This document shows, piece after piece, positions 11,102 to 20,405 of a stretch of DNA of 64,000 bases (position 1 is the first letter of the stretch; the number at the start of each line of letters is the position of its first letter). Under the pieces are notes generated by a model. It worked only from the letters and a program-made list of their open reading frames with translations, searched no databases and was not told where the DNA came from. Source of the DNA: Clostridia bacterium (GTDB lineage: Bacteria; Bacillota; Clostridia; Christensenellales; CAG-314); the NCBI GenBank assembly GCA_028698585.1, contig JAQVWG010000003.1, forward strand, positions 3,518-67,517, given 5' to 3'. The position numbers and the translations under genes are program-made.

Positions 11102-11872
11102 TTATTGGTTATTGCAATTCGTGTGCTGTTTGCCAGTGTGGTCGATGTGGTAGTCCTGCCAGTATATTAGTTGTCCTACCGGTACTATGCTGAGATTCTT
11201 AACTGTCAGCGCCTGATAGATAAGAGGTATGGCGTCAACTATATGATCGCTGTTGTTATGGCATAGTATTATGTCGCCACCACTGGACTTCTGTATATTG
11301 ATAGCTATCTGCCCTGCTTTGATTCCCTTCCAGTCTAAACTGTCTACACTCCATTGTATTGTAGTCAGCCCTAATTCTGTGGCTATCTCAATCAGCGTGT
11401 TGTTATAAGCGCCGAAAGGAGGGCGAAAAAGCTTAACCTGTTTACCTGTTATGTCTGTGATTGCCTTGCAGCTGTCCTTCAATTCCTGTGTTATCTGCTG
11501 TTTACTCATCTTAGTCATATCGCCGTGCGTACAAGAGTGAGTACCTATCTCATGCCCTCGATTATCAATCTCTTTGACCAAATTAGGGTATTTATCCACC
11601 CATATCGACACGAGGAAAAAAGTGCATTTGACACCCAGTTTATCTAGACAGTCTAGTATTTGACGGGTTTTGTCAGCGCCCCAAGCAGCATCAAATGTCA
11701 GCGACACAGTGTCCATTCGCTGTCCGACGCTGTATATGGGTATCAGTCTGTTGCTAGCTAGCACAGCAGAACTCGGCGCCAGCGTGAGCGCTAGAGTAAC
11801 TGTACCCAGTACTGCTAGAACGAGTGCAAATATTCTTGTTAGTTTGTGATAATTACAATGCAATTCTATCAT
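11102..11872 (-). CDS. Polysaccharide deacetylase (NodB-homology domain), membrane-anchored or secreted
   Basis: 256 aa with an N-terminal hydrophobic anchor. NodB motifs present: TFDAAWG, HEIGTHSCTHGD, RPPFGAY. Confidence 0.85.
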   Translation of the reverse strand: MIELHCNYHKLTRIFALVLAVLGTVTLALTLAPSSAVLASNRLIPIYSVGQRMDTVSLTFDAAWGADKTRQILDCLDKLGVKCTFFLVSIWVDKYPNLVKEIDNRGHEIGTHSCTHGDMTKMSKQQITQELKDSCKAITDITGKQVKLFRPPFGAYNNTLIEIATELGLTTIQWSVDSLDWKGIKAGQIAINIQKSSGGDIILCHNNSDHIVDAIPLIYQALTVKNLSIVPVGQLIYWQDYHIDHTGKQHTNCNNQ

Positions 11873-12605
11873 CTCCGTATTGGTAGTTATATGTCTAATA
11901 TGACATAAGATTGTCGCCTTTTGCAGGATTAATCATTAGTAATATATGCTCATTTGTACCAAAAAAGAAAATAAAATCAGAATAATTAGTATGAGTAGTT
12001 CTTCATGGTGATGTATTGTGCGTTGTCAGTGACAAGGGTGGCAAAAATACTGCTAATTGAGACTCAACACAGTAAAAAAACGATATGTATCTGCGTATAT
12101 AGTGTTCAATTATGGTATGTAATGCAATATAACATCCGAACACTTGCATTAATCTTATATGCTAAACATCGCCTGCGCAAAAGAAATGTGAGTAATCAGT
12201 TATACACCATATTAATGGTCGGTTGGCAGTAAACTAATATGTTAATTATTTACGCGTAAGCATAACCTTGCCTTTACAATCAGTGTTAACCAATACTTAA
12301 GTTAAGTTGCATGTGATAAGTATTGTCATAGTAATATCGAGTGATGAGAGTAGAAGAGAGAAGTGACTTGTTCACCTAATAGTACACATAATTATTGATT
12401 GCACGTTATCAAGTGAACAACTGTACAACTGCGCATATGTGCAACTATTATCCGTGCAAGTGAACAACTGACAAGTGCATTACATGTCGTGTTACGCAGA
12501 GCAGTTGCGTGGCATAAGGTACTGAAGTACTGATAGTGGACAATGGCGCGCAATCGGCATTATGTTAGTCCAAAGCAGAAATGAGTGATGTTCATATATA
12601 ATAAG

Positions 12606-13379
12606 CTAACTCGATTTACTCTTGAATACATTGAGAGCAGACAATAATATCAGTATGCCACAGGGTAGTGCAATGCAAACACTTATAAACTGTGAGGTGG
12701 ACAGCATTAATAGTGTACCTCTAGAATCTATTCTGAAGAACTCAATTATAGTGCGCCACAGCGAATAGAATATTAGATAGGTGCTAACAATTAGCCCGCG
12801 GGTGTTAGTGCGGATAAACAGTATTACCAGTATGGCGAACAGAATACAGTTGAATATGCTCTCGTATAACTGCACTGGCACTAATGGTACTCCTTGCATG
12901 ATAATGTTAGTGCCGTCCCATACACCGTTAGTATATATTACGCCCAGCCCGTCAGTCGGTCTGCCATAACAACAACCGTTATATAGGCAACCTATCCTGC
13001 CTATGGCGTGGGCAACAGGGAGTACAAGTGCGCACATGTCTAGTGTGGCTAATGTGCTGGTATTTTTGACCTTACAGTAAATAATCACTCCGATAGCGCC
13101 ACCAATTAATCCTCCATAGTACATGAATCCAGACAATAACAGGGTGATGAGCATTTGGCTGTTGCCTATTGCCTCTGGTAGCCTGAAAATGAATGAGAAT
13201 AATCTAGCTCCAACTAATCCAAAGGGCGCTACTACTAGTGCTAGCAGTAGCAAGTCGATACGGCTGTAACCAAACTTGCGACATGTAAATAAGGTAATGC
13301 ATACTGCCAGCAGGTAGCCGACAAGAACGGTGAACGTGTAAATGATTGAACCATTAGTGGTGGATATAGTTATGTGCAT
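12606..13379 (-). CDS. lgt: Prolipoprotein diacylglyceryl transferase (paralog 1)
   Basis: 257 aa, polytopic. Contains the signature GRIGCLYNGCCYGRPT and a conserved Y..ES...L region (VQLYESIFNCILF). Confidence 0.8.
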   Translation of the reverse strand: MHITISTTNGSIIYTFTVLVGYLLAVCITLFTCRKFGYSRIDLLLLALVVAPFGLVGARLFSFIFRLPEAIGNSQMLITLLLSGFMYYGGLIGGAIGVIIYCKVKNTSTLATLDMCALVLPVAHAIGRIGCLYNGCCYGRPTDGLGVIYTNGVWDGTNIIMQGVPLVPVQLYESIFNCILFAILVILFIRTNTRGLIVSTYLIFYSLWRTIIEFFRIDSRGTLLMLSTSQFISVCIALPCGILILLSALNVFKSKSS

Positions 13380-13549
13380 ATCATACTCCTATCTCAACTA
13401 TATCATAAGAGTCGGTTAATTTCAACAGGTTTGTCTTACTCTAATGGTAAGTGCTGTTAGCATGCTAATCCAGGTACTTATACCTAGTCTAATTGGTAAG
13501 TAACTGCTAACGTAATACACTGCGCTAATAATTGGTGCATGGCTGTGTC

Positions 13550-13915
13550 CTGATTACCTAAATTAAGTGTGAATATGCATAAGAAGTTGTGTCCCTTACC
13601 GTTAATAAACGAAAAAACGTGTTGATAGATAATTAACTTGAACTGATTGAACTAGTATAGTGGCACTGACATTGATATGTACGGTAAACTGGGGTTATCA
13701 ACACAAGGTACCTGTATAAGTAACTGTAATTGCTGAATATTGTTCTGTCTGCTGTTGTTCGATGTATCTGATTAACTTAAATTAAGTGTGAATATGCATA
13801 AGAAGGTGTGCCCCTTCCCGTTAATAAACGAAAAAACGATTTGATAGATAATTAACTTGAACTGATTGAACTAGTATAGTGGCACTGACATTATTATGTA
13901 CGATACACTGGGTTT
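13550..13915. repeat. Two copies of a 147-bp unit (13550-13696 and 13768-13915) separated by a 71-bp spacer; period 218 bp
   Basis: Aligned by eye: about a dozen substitutions and one 1-nt indel between copies. Lies in the 579-bp spacer upstream of lgt (minus strand). Confidence 0.9.
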
Positions 13916-13958
13916 TAAATATAAGTTGGTAGATTACGGGGAACAATACTAATAATAA

Positions 13959-15803
13959 TTACTCTTCTTCCTTATCTTCACCAAAATCGAACTGTTCACC
14001 CTCGCTCTCTCTGCGCACCTTGATTCTACGGCGCACGACAATAATCACTAGGAATAATGCAAGCGAAATGGACACGATAAACAATGACAGTCCGAGCGCT
14101 TGATAGTTGGTTAAACCATGGTTAATAAGCATATCTGCGCTGACATATCCAATAATGTAGGACTTACCTTGTTCGGTATCGATTTCGGCCTGTATAAGAC
14201 TGATATTGTTCTGTGTGTTTATAACCGTCACACTCTGGCCGACTTCGAGGTTGATATCCTGTTCGTTAAACTTGGCATAAGCAGTCAGTGAACTGTCTGC
14301 ATAGACAGGTAGTTGATGACCAAGTGGGGGATTGACTCGTGAAACACCCTCAATTGATATTGTATTATCTATTGTGATGTCTCCAACGCTCTCTTGTCTT
14401 ATCCAACCACTACAAGCAGTGGTATTATCCATATAGTTAATCAGGTAGTAGTTATGTCCCCATATTGTCAGCATATCACTGATAGTAACAACAGTGCCCT
14501 GCGTTAATGCGCATATGTGATATCTGTCTGCTACATAAGGAGCCGAATACACATGTGCTACCGAACTCACTCTGCCTTGCAAAAATACTGTAGTCTGTTG
14601 TATATCTAACTCGTCTGCGGTTATATCTGATTTTGTTCCCTTCTCGACGAATCCATATCTACCGTTATACATTATCAAGTAGTAGTTATCATTCTGCCAA
14701 TTCTCATAGGTATACACAATGAATACATCGTCACTGCGCAGTGTACCATAATCTACGCTGTTATCTGTTGCCTGAGTTGCGCCATAGAGAATGTTGGTGG
14801 GGTAGCCGGTAGTTCTACATACATGCCAGCCGAGCATCGCGTCTTGACTAGGTATAGGTAAATCAATTGAGTTGGTTCCCAGCGAAAAGGTGGAATCTAA
14901 ATTAAGTTTATATACTGCGCTGTTGATAGTGTATCTAGTGATAGTGTTGTTGCCTTTGGTAATATAGGCATAAGTATTATTGGTATCAATAGTCACGTCT
15001 GCACTGCCCAGTGTCTGATTGTCCTGATCGCTATATTGTGTAAGGGTGCTGTTGACAAAATCCAGTTGACAATAGTTATGCTGTTGTTTGTCGTATAGGT
15101 AGAGTTGTGCGCCCGTCAAATTATCTGCATTGTTGGTTATGCTGTTGACACCCAACAGACTATAGGCGTTATTGGTATAAGAGGTATTATTCCTTATACT
15201 GACTAGATTGCCGTTGTCAAAGTAATATGCGCAGATGCCTGTGCTACCCAGTGCAAAAATGAAACAGTCGCCACCAACAGTAGTGCTATATACTATGTCG
15301 GTGCAGTTGGGCATAATTGCATTGGTAAAGAATGCGCCGGTAGATTGTTTAATAACTACCATATACTCACTGCCACATGCAAAAATATAATTCTCTAATC
15401 CCTCTTGAATGACTGCGATATTACCATTAACTATTCTCTTGTTGTTATCTGTTTGAGCATAACTGCCCACTAAAGAGAAGTTGGTTAATCCAAGTGTACC
15501 CCAACACAGGTATCCATCCTTTAACAGATAGACTGTATTGCCATGAGAATAGATACTATCATAGCAGGTGTCAAGAGTATACCTCGTTCTATTGCCACCG
15601 TTGATATCGAATCTCTGAATGATGCCGACAGTATCATTATCCACTCTGTCTAATACGTAGATATAGTTATCATCGATGAATGTATCGCTCGGTCGTACGA
15701 ATTTGACATCGTCATTGCTTGCGTGTGCTGTCGTTACACCGGCACAAGTTGATACTATTATAAGTAATAATATGATTATACTGGTTAATAATCTCTTAAT
15801 CAA
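13959..15803 (-). CDS. Secreted protein with a C-terminal membrane anchor; repeat-rich N-terminal region plus SH3b-like modules
   Basis: 614 aa. TTG start with GGGAGGA upstream. Signal peptide ends at ..TTAHAS. C-terminal TM (ALGLSLFIVSISLALFLVIIVV) is followed by a charged tail RRRIKVRRESEGEQFDFGEDKEEE. Three segments resemble bacterial SH3 domains (for example VHVYSAPYVADRY..GTVVTI..). The domain call is pattern recognition only. Confidence 0.6.
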   Translation of the reverse strand: MIKRLLTSIIILLLIIVSTCAGVTTAHASNDDVKFVRPSDTFIDDNYIYVLDRVDNDTVGIIQRFDINGGNRTRYTLDTCYDSIYSHGNTVYLLKDGYLCWGTLGLTNFSLVGSYAQTDNNKRIVNGNIAVIQEGLENYIFACGSEYMVVIKQSTGAFFTNAIMPNCTDIVYSTTVGGDCFIFALGSTGICAYYFDNGNLVSIRNNTSYTNNAYSLLGVNSITNNADNLTGAQLYLYDKQQHNYCQLDFVNSTLTQYSDQDNQTLGSADVTIDTNNTYAYITKGNNTITRYTINSAVYKLNLDSTFSLGTNSIDLPIPSQDAMLGWHVCRTTGYPTNILYGATQATDNSVDYGTLRSDDVFIVYTYENWQNDNYYLIMYNGRYGFVEKGTKSDITADELDIQQTTVFLQGRVSSVAHVYSAPYVADRYHICALTQGTVVTISDMLTIWGHNYYLINYMDNTTACSGWIRQESVGDITIDNTISIEGVSRVNPPLGHQLPVYADSSLTAYAKFNEQDINLEVGQSVTVINTQNNISLIQAEIDTEQGKSYIIGYVSADMLINHGLTNYQALGLSLFIVSISLALFLVIIVVRRRIKVRRESEGEQFDFGEDKEEE

Positions 15804-15830
15804 TTAGGTTGTTTTCCTCCCGTTAGGGCA

Positions 15831-15929
15831 CTATGTGGACAGCATGTAGTATAGGAATGTTCCACATACCGTAAATAATAGTAGAAAAGCTAGAATTACA
15901 GCCCAGATTCGTGCAGTTGATTTTTTCAC
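15831..15929 (-). CDS. Possible 32-aa single-TM micropeptide (MKKSTARIWAVILAFLLLFTVCGTFLYYMLST) just upstream of the 614-aa gene
   Basis: GTG start with GGAGAT 7 nt upstream. Basic N-terminus followed by a hydrophobic helix. Stop lies 28 nt before the TTG start of 13959..15803. Below the ORF-track size cutoff. Confidence 0.3.
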   Translation of the reverse strand: MKKSTARIWAVILAFLLLFTVCGTFLYYMLST

Positions 15930-16314
15930 TAATAGTATCTCCTATTGCACAAGTGATTATAAAGTCATTATACCAAATAGTGTAACAATAATCAACAATT
16001 TAACCCAAAAAAACAATATTATCACCACTACACAACAATGGTTTCGGCTTTACTGCTATGTACGTGCGCCATAGTTATTCAATGTTCGACAAAACAAGAC
16101 AGAACATATGTTCTACATTTTTGACACCCACAATATATGTTGTCATTCTGTTGACACTTTAATTTTGGTACTATTTTTTTGTCAGTAGGGACTATATCTT
16201 TTAGCTTTTTGATCTGGCAGAACTAACTGTAATTGAGTTGTTTTTACCACGAGAATAATCCAAAAAAGACTATGCCAATTTTTTTTGCCTGTGCAATAAA
16301 ATGGCATTCACCAC

Positions 16315-16342
16315 TTGATTTTTTGCAGACTTATTGTACAAT
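16315..16342 (+). promoter_or_regulatory. Promoter candidate: TTGATT, 16 nt, TACAAT
   Basis: Hexamers at 16315-16320 and 16337-16342, 115 nt upstream of 16458. Confidence 0.35.
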
Positions 16343-16457
16343 TTTGGCAATTTGGGCAAGCGATTATTACTAATGCTATACCTGTCGTTGTCTCTTTGGA
16401 CTAAGTGTCAAATAATGAAGGTTGTAATTCAGCTGACAGAGGAGTAAATAAAGAATT

Positions 16458-16964
16458 ATGAACAGATTCGCGAAAACAATTCTATGTTGTTATAATGCTA
16501 TCCCTACGATGGTCAAAAAAGTTGATAGACTGGTCTATAGCAAGGCAGTTAAGTCGCACAGTAACAGTTATGGTCATGGAAACACGCTATACCAGATGGA
16601 CAGAATTGTGTCCCTGCTCAATGTTAAGAACGACTTATTGCTTATGCGCAAGATTACCGATAAAGCGCTTGCTTGTCTGCCTGTTAAACAGAGAGTGTTG
16701 ATAGTTAGCAAGTTTTTCCATAACATGACGTGCGAGCAAATACAACAGGCAGTCAATGTGTCCATGCGCACGCTGTTCAGACAGATTAATGCCAGCGTCA
16801 ATTCGTTCGCTAGCGCACTGATTATAGAGGGATATGATAGAGAGTGGTTTATCTCTACCTATCTGTCCGAGCGGTGGATTAAACATATCTATAACACTTG
16901 TTGTGAAAAACAAGGTTTATGCGTACAACTACCACAAGAGCAGAGCATATTGGAAAGTGCATAA
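16458..16964 (+). CDS. Sigma-70 region-4-like HTH protein (candidate phage-type late regulator)
   Basis: 168 aa. The segment LPVKQRVLIVSKFFHNMTCEQIQQAVNVSMRTLFRQINASVNSF has the layout of sigma region 4 / ArpU- or DUF1492-type regulators. No region 2 is visible. Confidence 0.45.
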   Translation: MNRFAKTILCCYNAIPTMVKKVDRLVYSKAVKSHSNSYGHGNTLYQMDRIVSLLNVKNDLLLMRKITDKALACLPVKQRVLIVSKFFHNMTCEQIQQAVNVSMRTLFRQINASVNSFASALIIEGYDREWFISTYLSERWIKHIYNTCCEKQGLCVQLPQEQSILESA

Positions 16965-17092
16965 GATAACTCCTGTTAATAGTAAGCGTGAATTAACTGT
17001 GCAATAGATTGGGTTAGAGATAACGGTGCGTTAATTAATAAATGCTCATATAGTTGACAATATCTTAAGTGTGCAGACACATTGGTAAGATT

Positions 17093-17555
17093 ATCTCATG
17101 TACGTATGTGTGTATAACAACGTATGACAAGGAGATGGCGTGTGATTGGTCAATAATTGTGCGAATGGTGTAGACACCTTATGCTAGATAGGTATTGCAA
17201 TGGTAATCTATATCTCATGTACGTATGTGCGTATAACAACGTATGACAAGGAGTTGGCGCGATGTCTGTTCAATAATTGTGCGAATGGTGTAGACACCTT
17301 ATGCTAGATAGGTATGGCAATGGTAATCTATATCTCATGTACGTATGTGCTTATAACAAAGCATGACAAGGAGTTGGCGTGTGATTGGTCAATAATTATG
17401 CGAATGGTGTAGACACCTTATGCTAGATAGGTATGGCAATGGTAATCTATATCTCATGTACGTATGTGCGTGTAACAATGCATGACAAGGAGTTGGCGTG
17501 TGATTGGTCAATAATTATGCGAATGGTGTAGACACCTTATGCTAGATAGGTATGG
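17093..17555. repeat. Tandem array of about 3.9 copies of a 119-120-bp unit (unit starts at 17093, 17212, 17332, 17451)
   Basis: Read directly. Each unit carries the inverted repeat GGTGTagACACC and a small hairpin whose arms vary but stay pairable. A degenerate partial copy precedes 17093. Confidence 0.95.
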
Positions 17556-17716
17556 AATAATTATTGTTACGGTTGGTGTATATCAAATGGTGGGAGTAAA
17601 CCGCATAACTAGTGTTTTTTAGAGTGAATAGCCCAGTGGTACTGTTATTGATAGAAGTGCGCAAATTGTACTATTAAGTACAAGAATCGTGCGTAACCGT
17701 CAAATGGCAGTATCTA

Positions 17717-18538
17717 TTACAGATAGTCGTCGAAGTATCTAGGCTGATTGGTAGTTGTGTCGGTAGACACTCCGTATCTATCGATTGAGGATTTATCCTT
17801 AATGGCACGTTTACGAGTAGGAATGAACACGACTGCCAGTATCACTAATAAAGGCAAAGTTATCAATAGAATTAACGTTGCCTGAACTGGATTGGACAAG
17901 TCGGCAGATAGTATGCTATTACTGTCTGTCTGGTCGGTGTTAGTTGCCGGAGTGTCGGGTTCATCAATGATAACCACAGCAGGTTGAGTGAGAGGGGTGG
18001 GGTGTAGACTGAATACGGGAACTGTAACTGCTGTTGCCTGACAGTAGCCTAAGTATCCTTGGAAATATACATAATACCACTCGTTGTACTGGGTTATTGC
18101 CTTACCATAGTAAGACATCGACTGACCGCTTACTGCCGTTACAAAGGCTGTGAGGGCTTCATTCGGAGATGGATATATCTTACAGCCGTGATTACCTGCT
18201 TGAATAAGTACCTTAGGGTAGAGTGGAATCAACGGTTTTTCGTAGACTTCTTGTACGCTGTCAATCAGAACGTATCCATTAAGTTTGGCAAAGTTAGCCT
18301 GTTCGTTCAGCAGTTCTACCTGATAGAATCCACCACTTATACCTACCACAGTAAGATAGTACGTGGGAATCAATGCGAACAGTTTACTAGTATTATCCGG
18401 CGCAGAGTAGAAGTACACATTGGTGTTCTCAATGCGAACATAGGGTGGAACCTGCTCTGTCTGTGCGTAGGCACTAAAGGGCAGGTAACACATAACGATT
18501 ATTGATAACATTGCACATACAACAGTTTTCATACGCAC
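17717..18538 (-). CDS. Secreted, C-terminally anchored protein with SH3b-like domains
   Basis: 273 aa. Signal peptide ends at ..FSAYAQTE. Two segments have an SH3b-like pattern (VRIENTNVYFYSAPDNTSKLFALIPTYYLTVVG..GGFYQVEL). TM is ATLILLITLPLLVILAVVFIP, followed by a cytoplasmic tail. Confidence 0.6.
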   Translation of the reverse strand: MRMKTVVCAMLSIIVMCYLPFSAYAQTEQVPPYVRIENTNVYFYSAPDNTSKLFALIPTYYLTVVGISGGFYQVELLNEQANFAKLNGYVLIDSVQEVYEKPLIPLYPKVLIQAGNHGCKIYPSPNEALTAFVTAVSGQSMSYYGKAITQYNEWYYVYFQGYLGYCQATAVTVPVFSLHPTPLTQPAVVIIDEPDTPATNTDQTDSNSILSADLSNPVQATLILLITLPLLVILAVVFIPTRKRAIKDKSSIDRYGVSTDTTTNQPRYFDDYL

Positions 18539-18663
18539 CGACTAAGCGCTATAACAGACGCTTGATTAGTGAATAAACACTAACACAGGCGATGAATGAC
18601 GTTTATGAGAAATAGTAGCGAAAGATAGCAAGTAATGGCTTATGCCAACGGGGAAAGGTAACG

Positions 18664-20094
18664 ATGAAAAGCACGGTTGAACGGATACTAGATATAGAGA
18701 GGGAACAGAAAAGAAGGCGACAGCAACCGCTGACGAACTACAACAAGGACAAAGTACATCCTAAACAGATGATGTTCCACAAGTGCCAAGCAGGCAATCG
18801 GTGGGTGTTCGGTGGTAATCGTAGCGGTAAGACGGAGTGTGGGGCAGTGGAGACGGTATGGTTATCTCGTGGTATACACCCATATAGACCCAACAGGCCA
18901 GATACGGTGTGTTTCGTGGTGTCGTTATCCAGTCAAGTAAGCCGTGAGGTAGCGCAACAAAAGATTCTATATTACCTAGACAAGCAGTATATAGCCGACA
19001 TCGTCATGGTTAGCGGTCGGCGAGACAGCGCCGAGTATGGCATTGTGGACTATATACTGGTCAAGAATGTTTATGGCGGGTTGAGTAAGATTTTTTTCAA
19101 ATCGTGCGAAGCGGGCAGAGAGAAGTTTCAGGGAGTATCCTTGGATTTCGTATGGTTTGACGAAGAGCCACCGCTAGATATATACAGCGAGTGCAAAATG
19201 CGTTTATTGGACCGAAAAGGATTCATTTATGGCACGATGACACCATTAAAAGGGTTGACATGGGTATATGAGCAGATATTCCTCAATGCACAACAAGATG
19301 ATGAAGTGTGGCATATCACTATGGAATGGGCAGATAACCCATATTTACCACAGGACGAAGTGCAACATTACACGCAGACTATGTCCACTGAGGAACTCAA
19401 GTCTCGCCGATACGGTGAGTTCTACTCTCAGAGTGGATTGGTATATAGCGAGTTTGACAGTACTGTACACGTAATTCAACCTTTTGAAGTGCCACATGAG
19501 TGGTATGACAATATTAGTATAGATCCCGGATTGAACAATCCTCTTTCCTGCCATTGGTATGCAGTTGACAGTGATGGTGTGGTGTATGTGATAGCCGAAC
19601 ATTATGAGGCGAAGCAAAGTGTTTCCTACCACGCTCGAAAAATCGAGCATATGTGCAACCAACTTGGCTGGCACCGTGATAGTAGTGGAAGAATAAGTGC
19701 GCTTATTGACAGTGCCAGTAACCAGCGCACTCTAGCGTCAAGCAAAAGTGTGGCTGAACTATTCTATGAGCAGAATATTGCGGTGAATACAAGGGTTAAT
19801 AAGGATTTGTTCAGTGGTATCAATAGAGTCAAGGCGTATCTCAAGCCCGAAGTGGGACAACCCAGATTATATATCTTTTCCTGCTGTGTCAACCTCATAA
19901 GAGAGTTCAAGAGTTACTGGTGGGGAAATGAGGACAGGCCTAAGAAGGTAGACGATCACGCCTTGGACGAATTGAGATATTATCTCAGTTCCAGACCAGA
20001 GGCGCACGTCCCATTGAATCCACCCAAGAGTGTAATCACGCTGGACAAAGAAAACCTATTAAGGAAACATCGGAGAGTACATAAACAGTCATAA
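18664..20094 (+). CDS. terL: Terminase large subunit
   Basis: 476 aa. Walker A-like GGNRSGKTE, Walker B-like LDFVWFDEEP, and C-terminal nuclease-type acidic blocks (SIDPGLNNP, DDHALDELRYY). Confidence 0.85.
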   Translation: MKSTVERILDIEREQKRRRQQPLTNYNKDKVHPKQMMFHKCQAGNRWVFGGNRSGKTECGAVETVWLSRGIHPYRPNRPDTVCFVVSLSSQVSREVAQQKILYYLDKQYIADIVMVSGRRDSAEYGIVDYILVKNVYGGLSKIFFKSCEAGREKFQGVSLDFVWFDEEPPLDIYSECKMRLLDRKGFIYGTMTPLKGLTWVYEQIFLNAQQDDEVWHITMEWADNPYLPQDEVQHYTQTMSTEELKSRRYGEFYSQSGLVYSEFDSTVHVIQPFEVPHEWYDNISIDPGLNNPLSCHWYAVDSDGVVYVIAEHYEAKQSVSYHARKIEHMCNQLGWHRDSSGRISALIDSASNQRTLASSKSVAELFYEQNIAVNTRVNKDLFSGINRVKAYLKPEVGQPRLYIFSCCVNLIREFKSYWWGNEDRPKKVDDHALDELRYYLSSRPEAHVPLNPPKSVITLDKENLLRKHRRVHKQS

Positions 20095-20159
20095 CAGTTG
20101 TCGACAGTAATCTCATGCCAGTTGTTGTAAATTATACCAATGGTATGATAATTAATGCT

Positions 20160-20405
20160 AATAACTACTTGCGTTATATGGCTAGTGGTCATAGCATGTT
20201 GCAACAGTTACAAGACAACGGTTAATGCATAATACTTTTATTTTACTGAATGTCGGTGATAGCACGGAAGTCGTCGGGTAATCGTGGCTCAATAACTACT
20301 TGTGTTATACGGCCAGTGGTCATAGCATGTTGCAACAGTTACAAGACAACGGCTGGTGCAAAAATACTGTTACTATTCTGTATCTCTGTGTAGAGCACGG
20401 CAGAT
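20160..20405. repeat. Tandem duplication, 2 x about 131 bp (unit starts 20160 and 20291); each copy contains the perfect 10-bp palindrome TGTTGCAACA
   Basis: The first 62 nt of each unit are nearly identical (4 substitutions); the rest is more diverged. Lies in the 493-bp gap after terL. Confidence 0.85.

Noticed and set aside
17093-17555. A CRISPR interpretation of the tandem arrays at 17093-17555, 37998-38389 and 52647-52905.
   Set aside because: The units abut each other with no unique spacers, the unit lengths (74-122 bp) are wrong, and there are no cas genes in the window.
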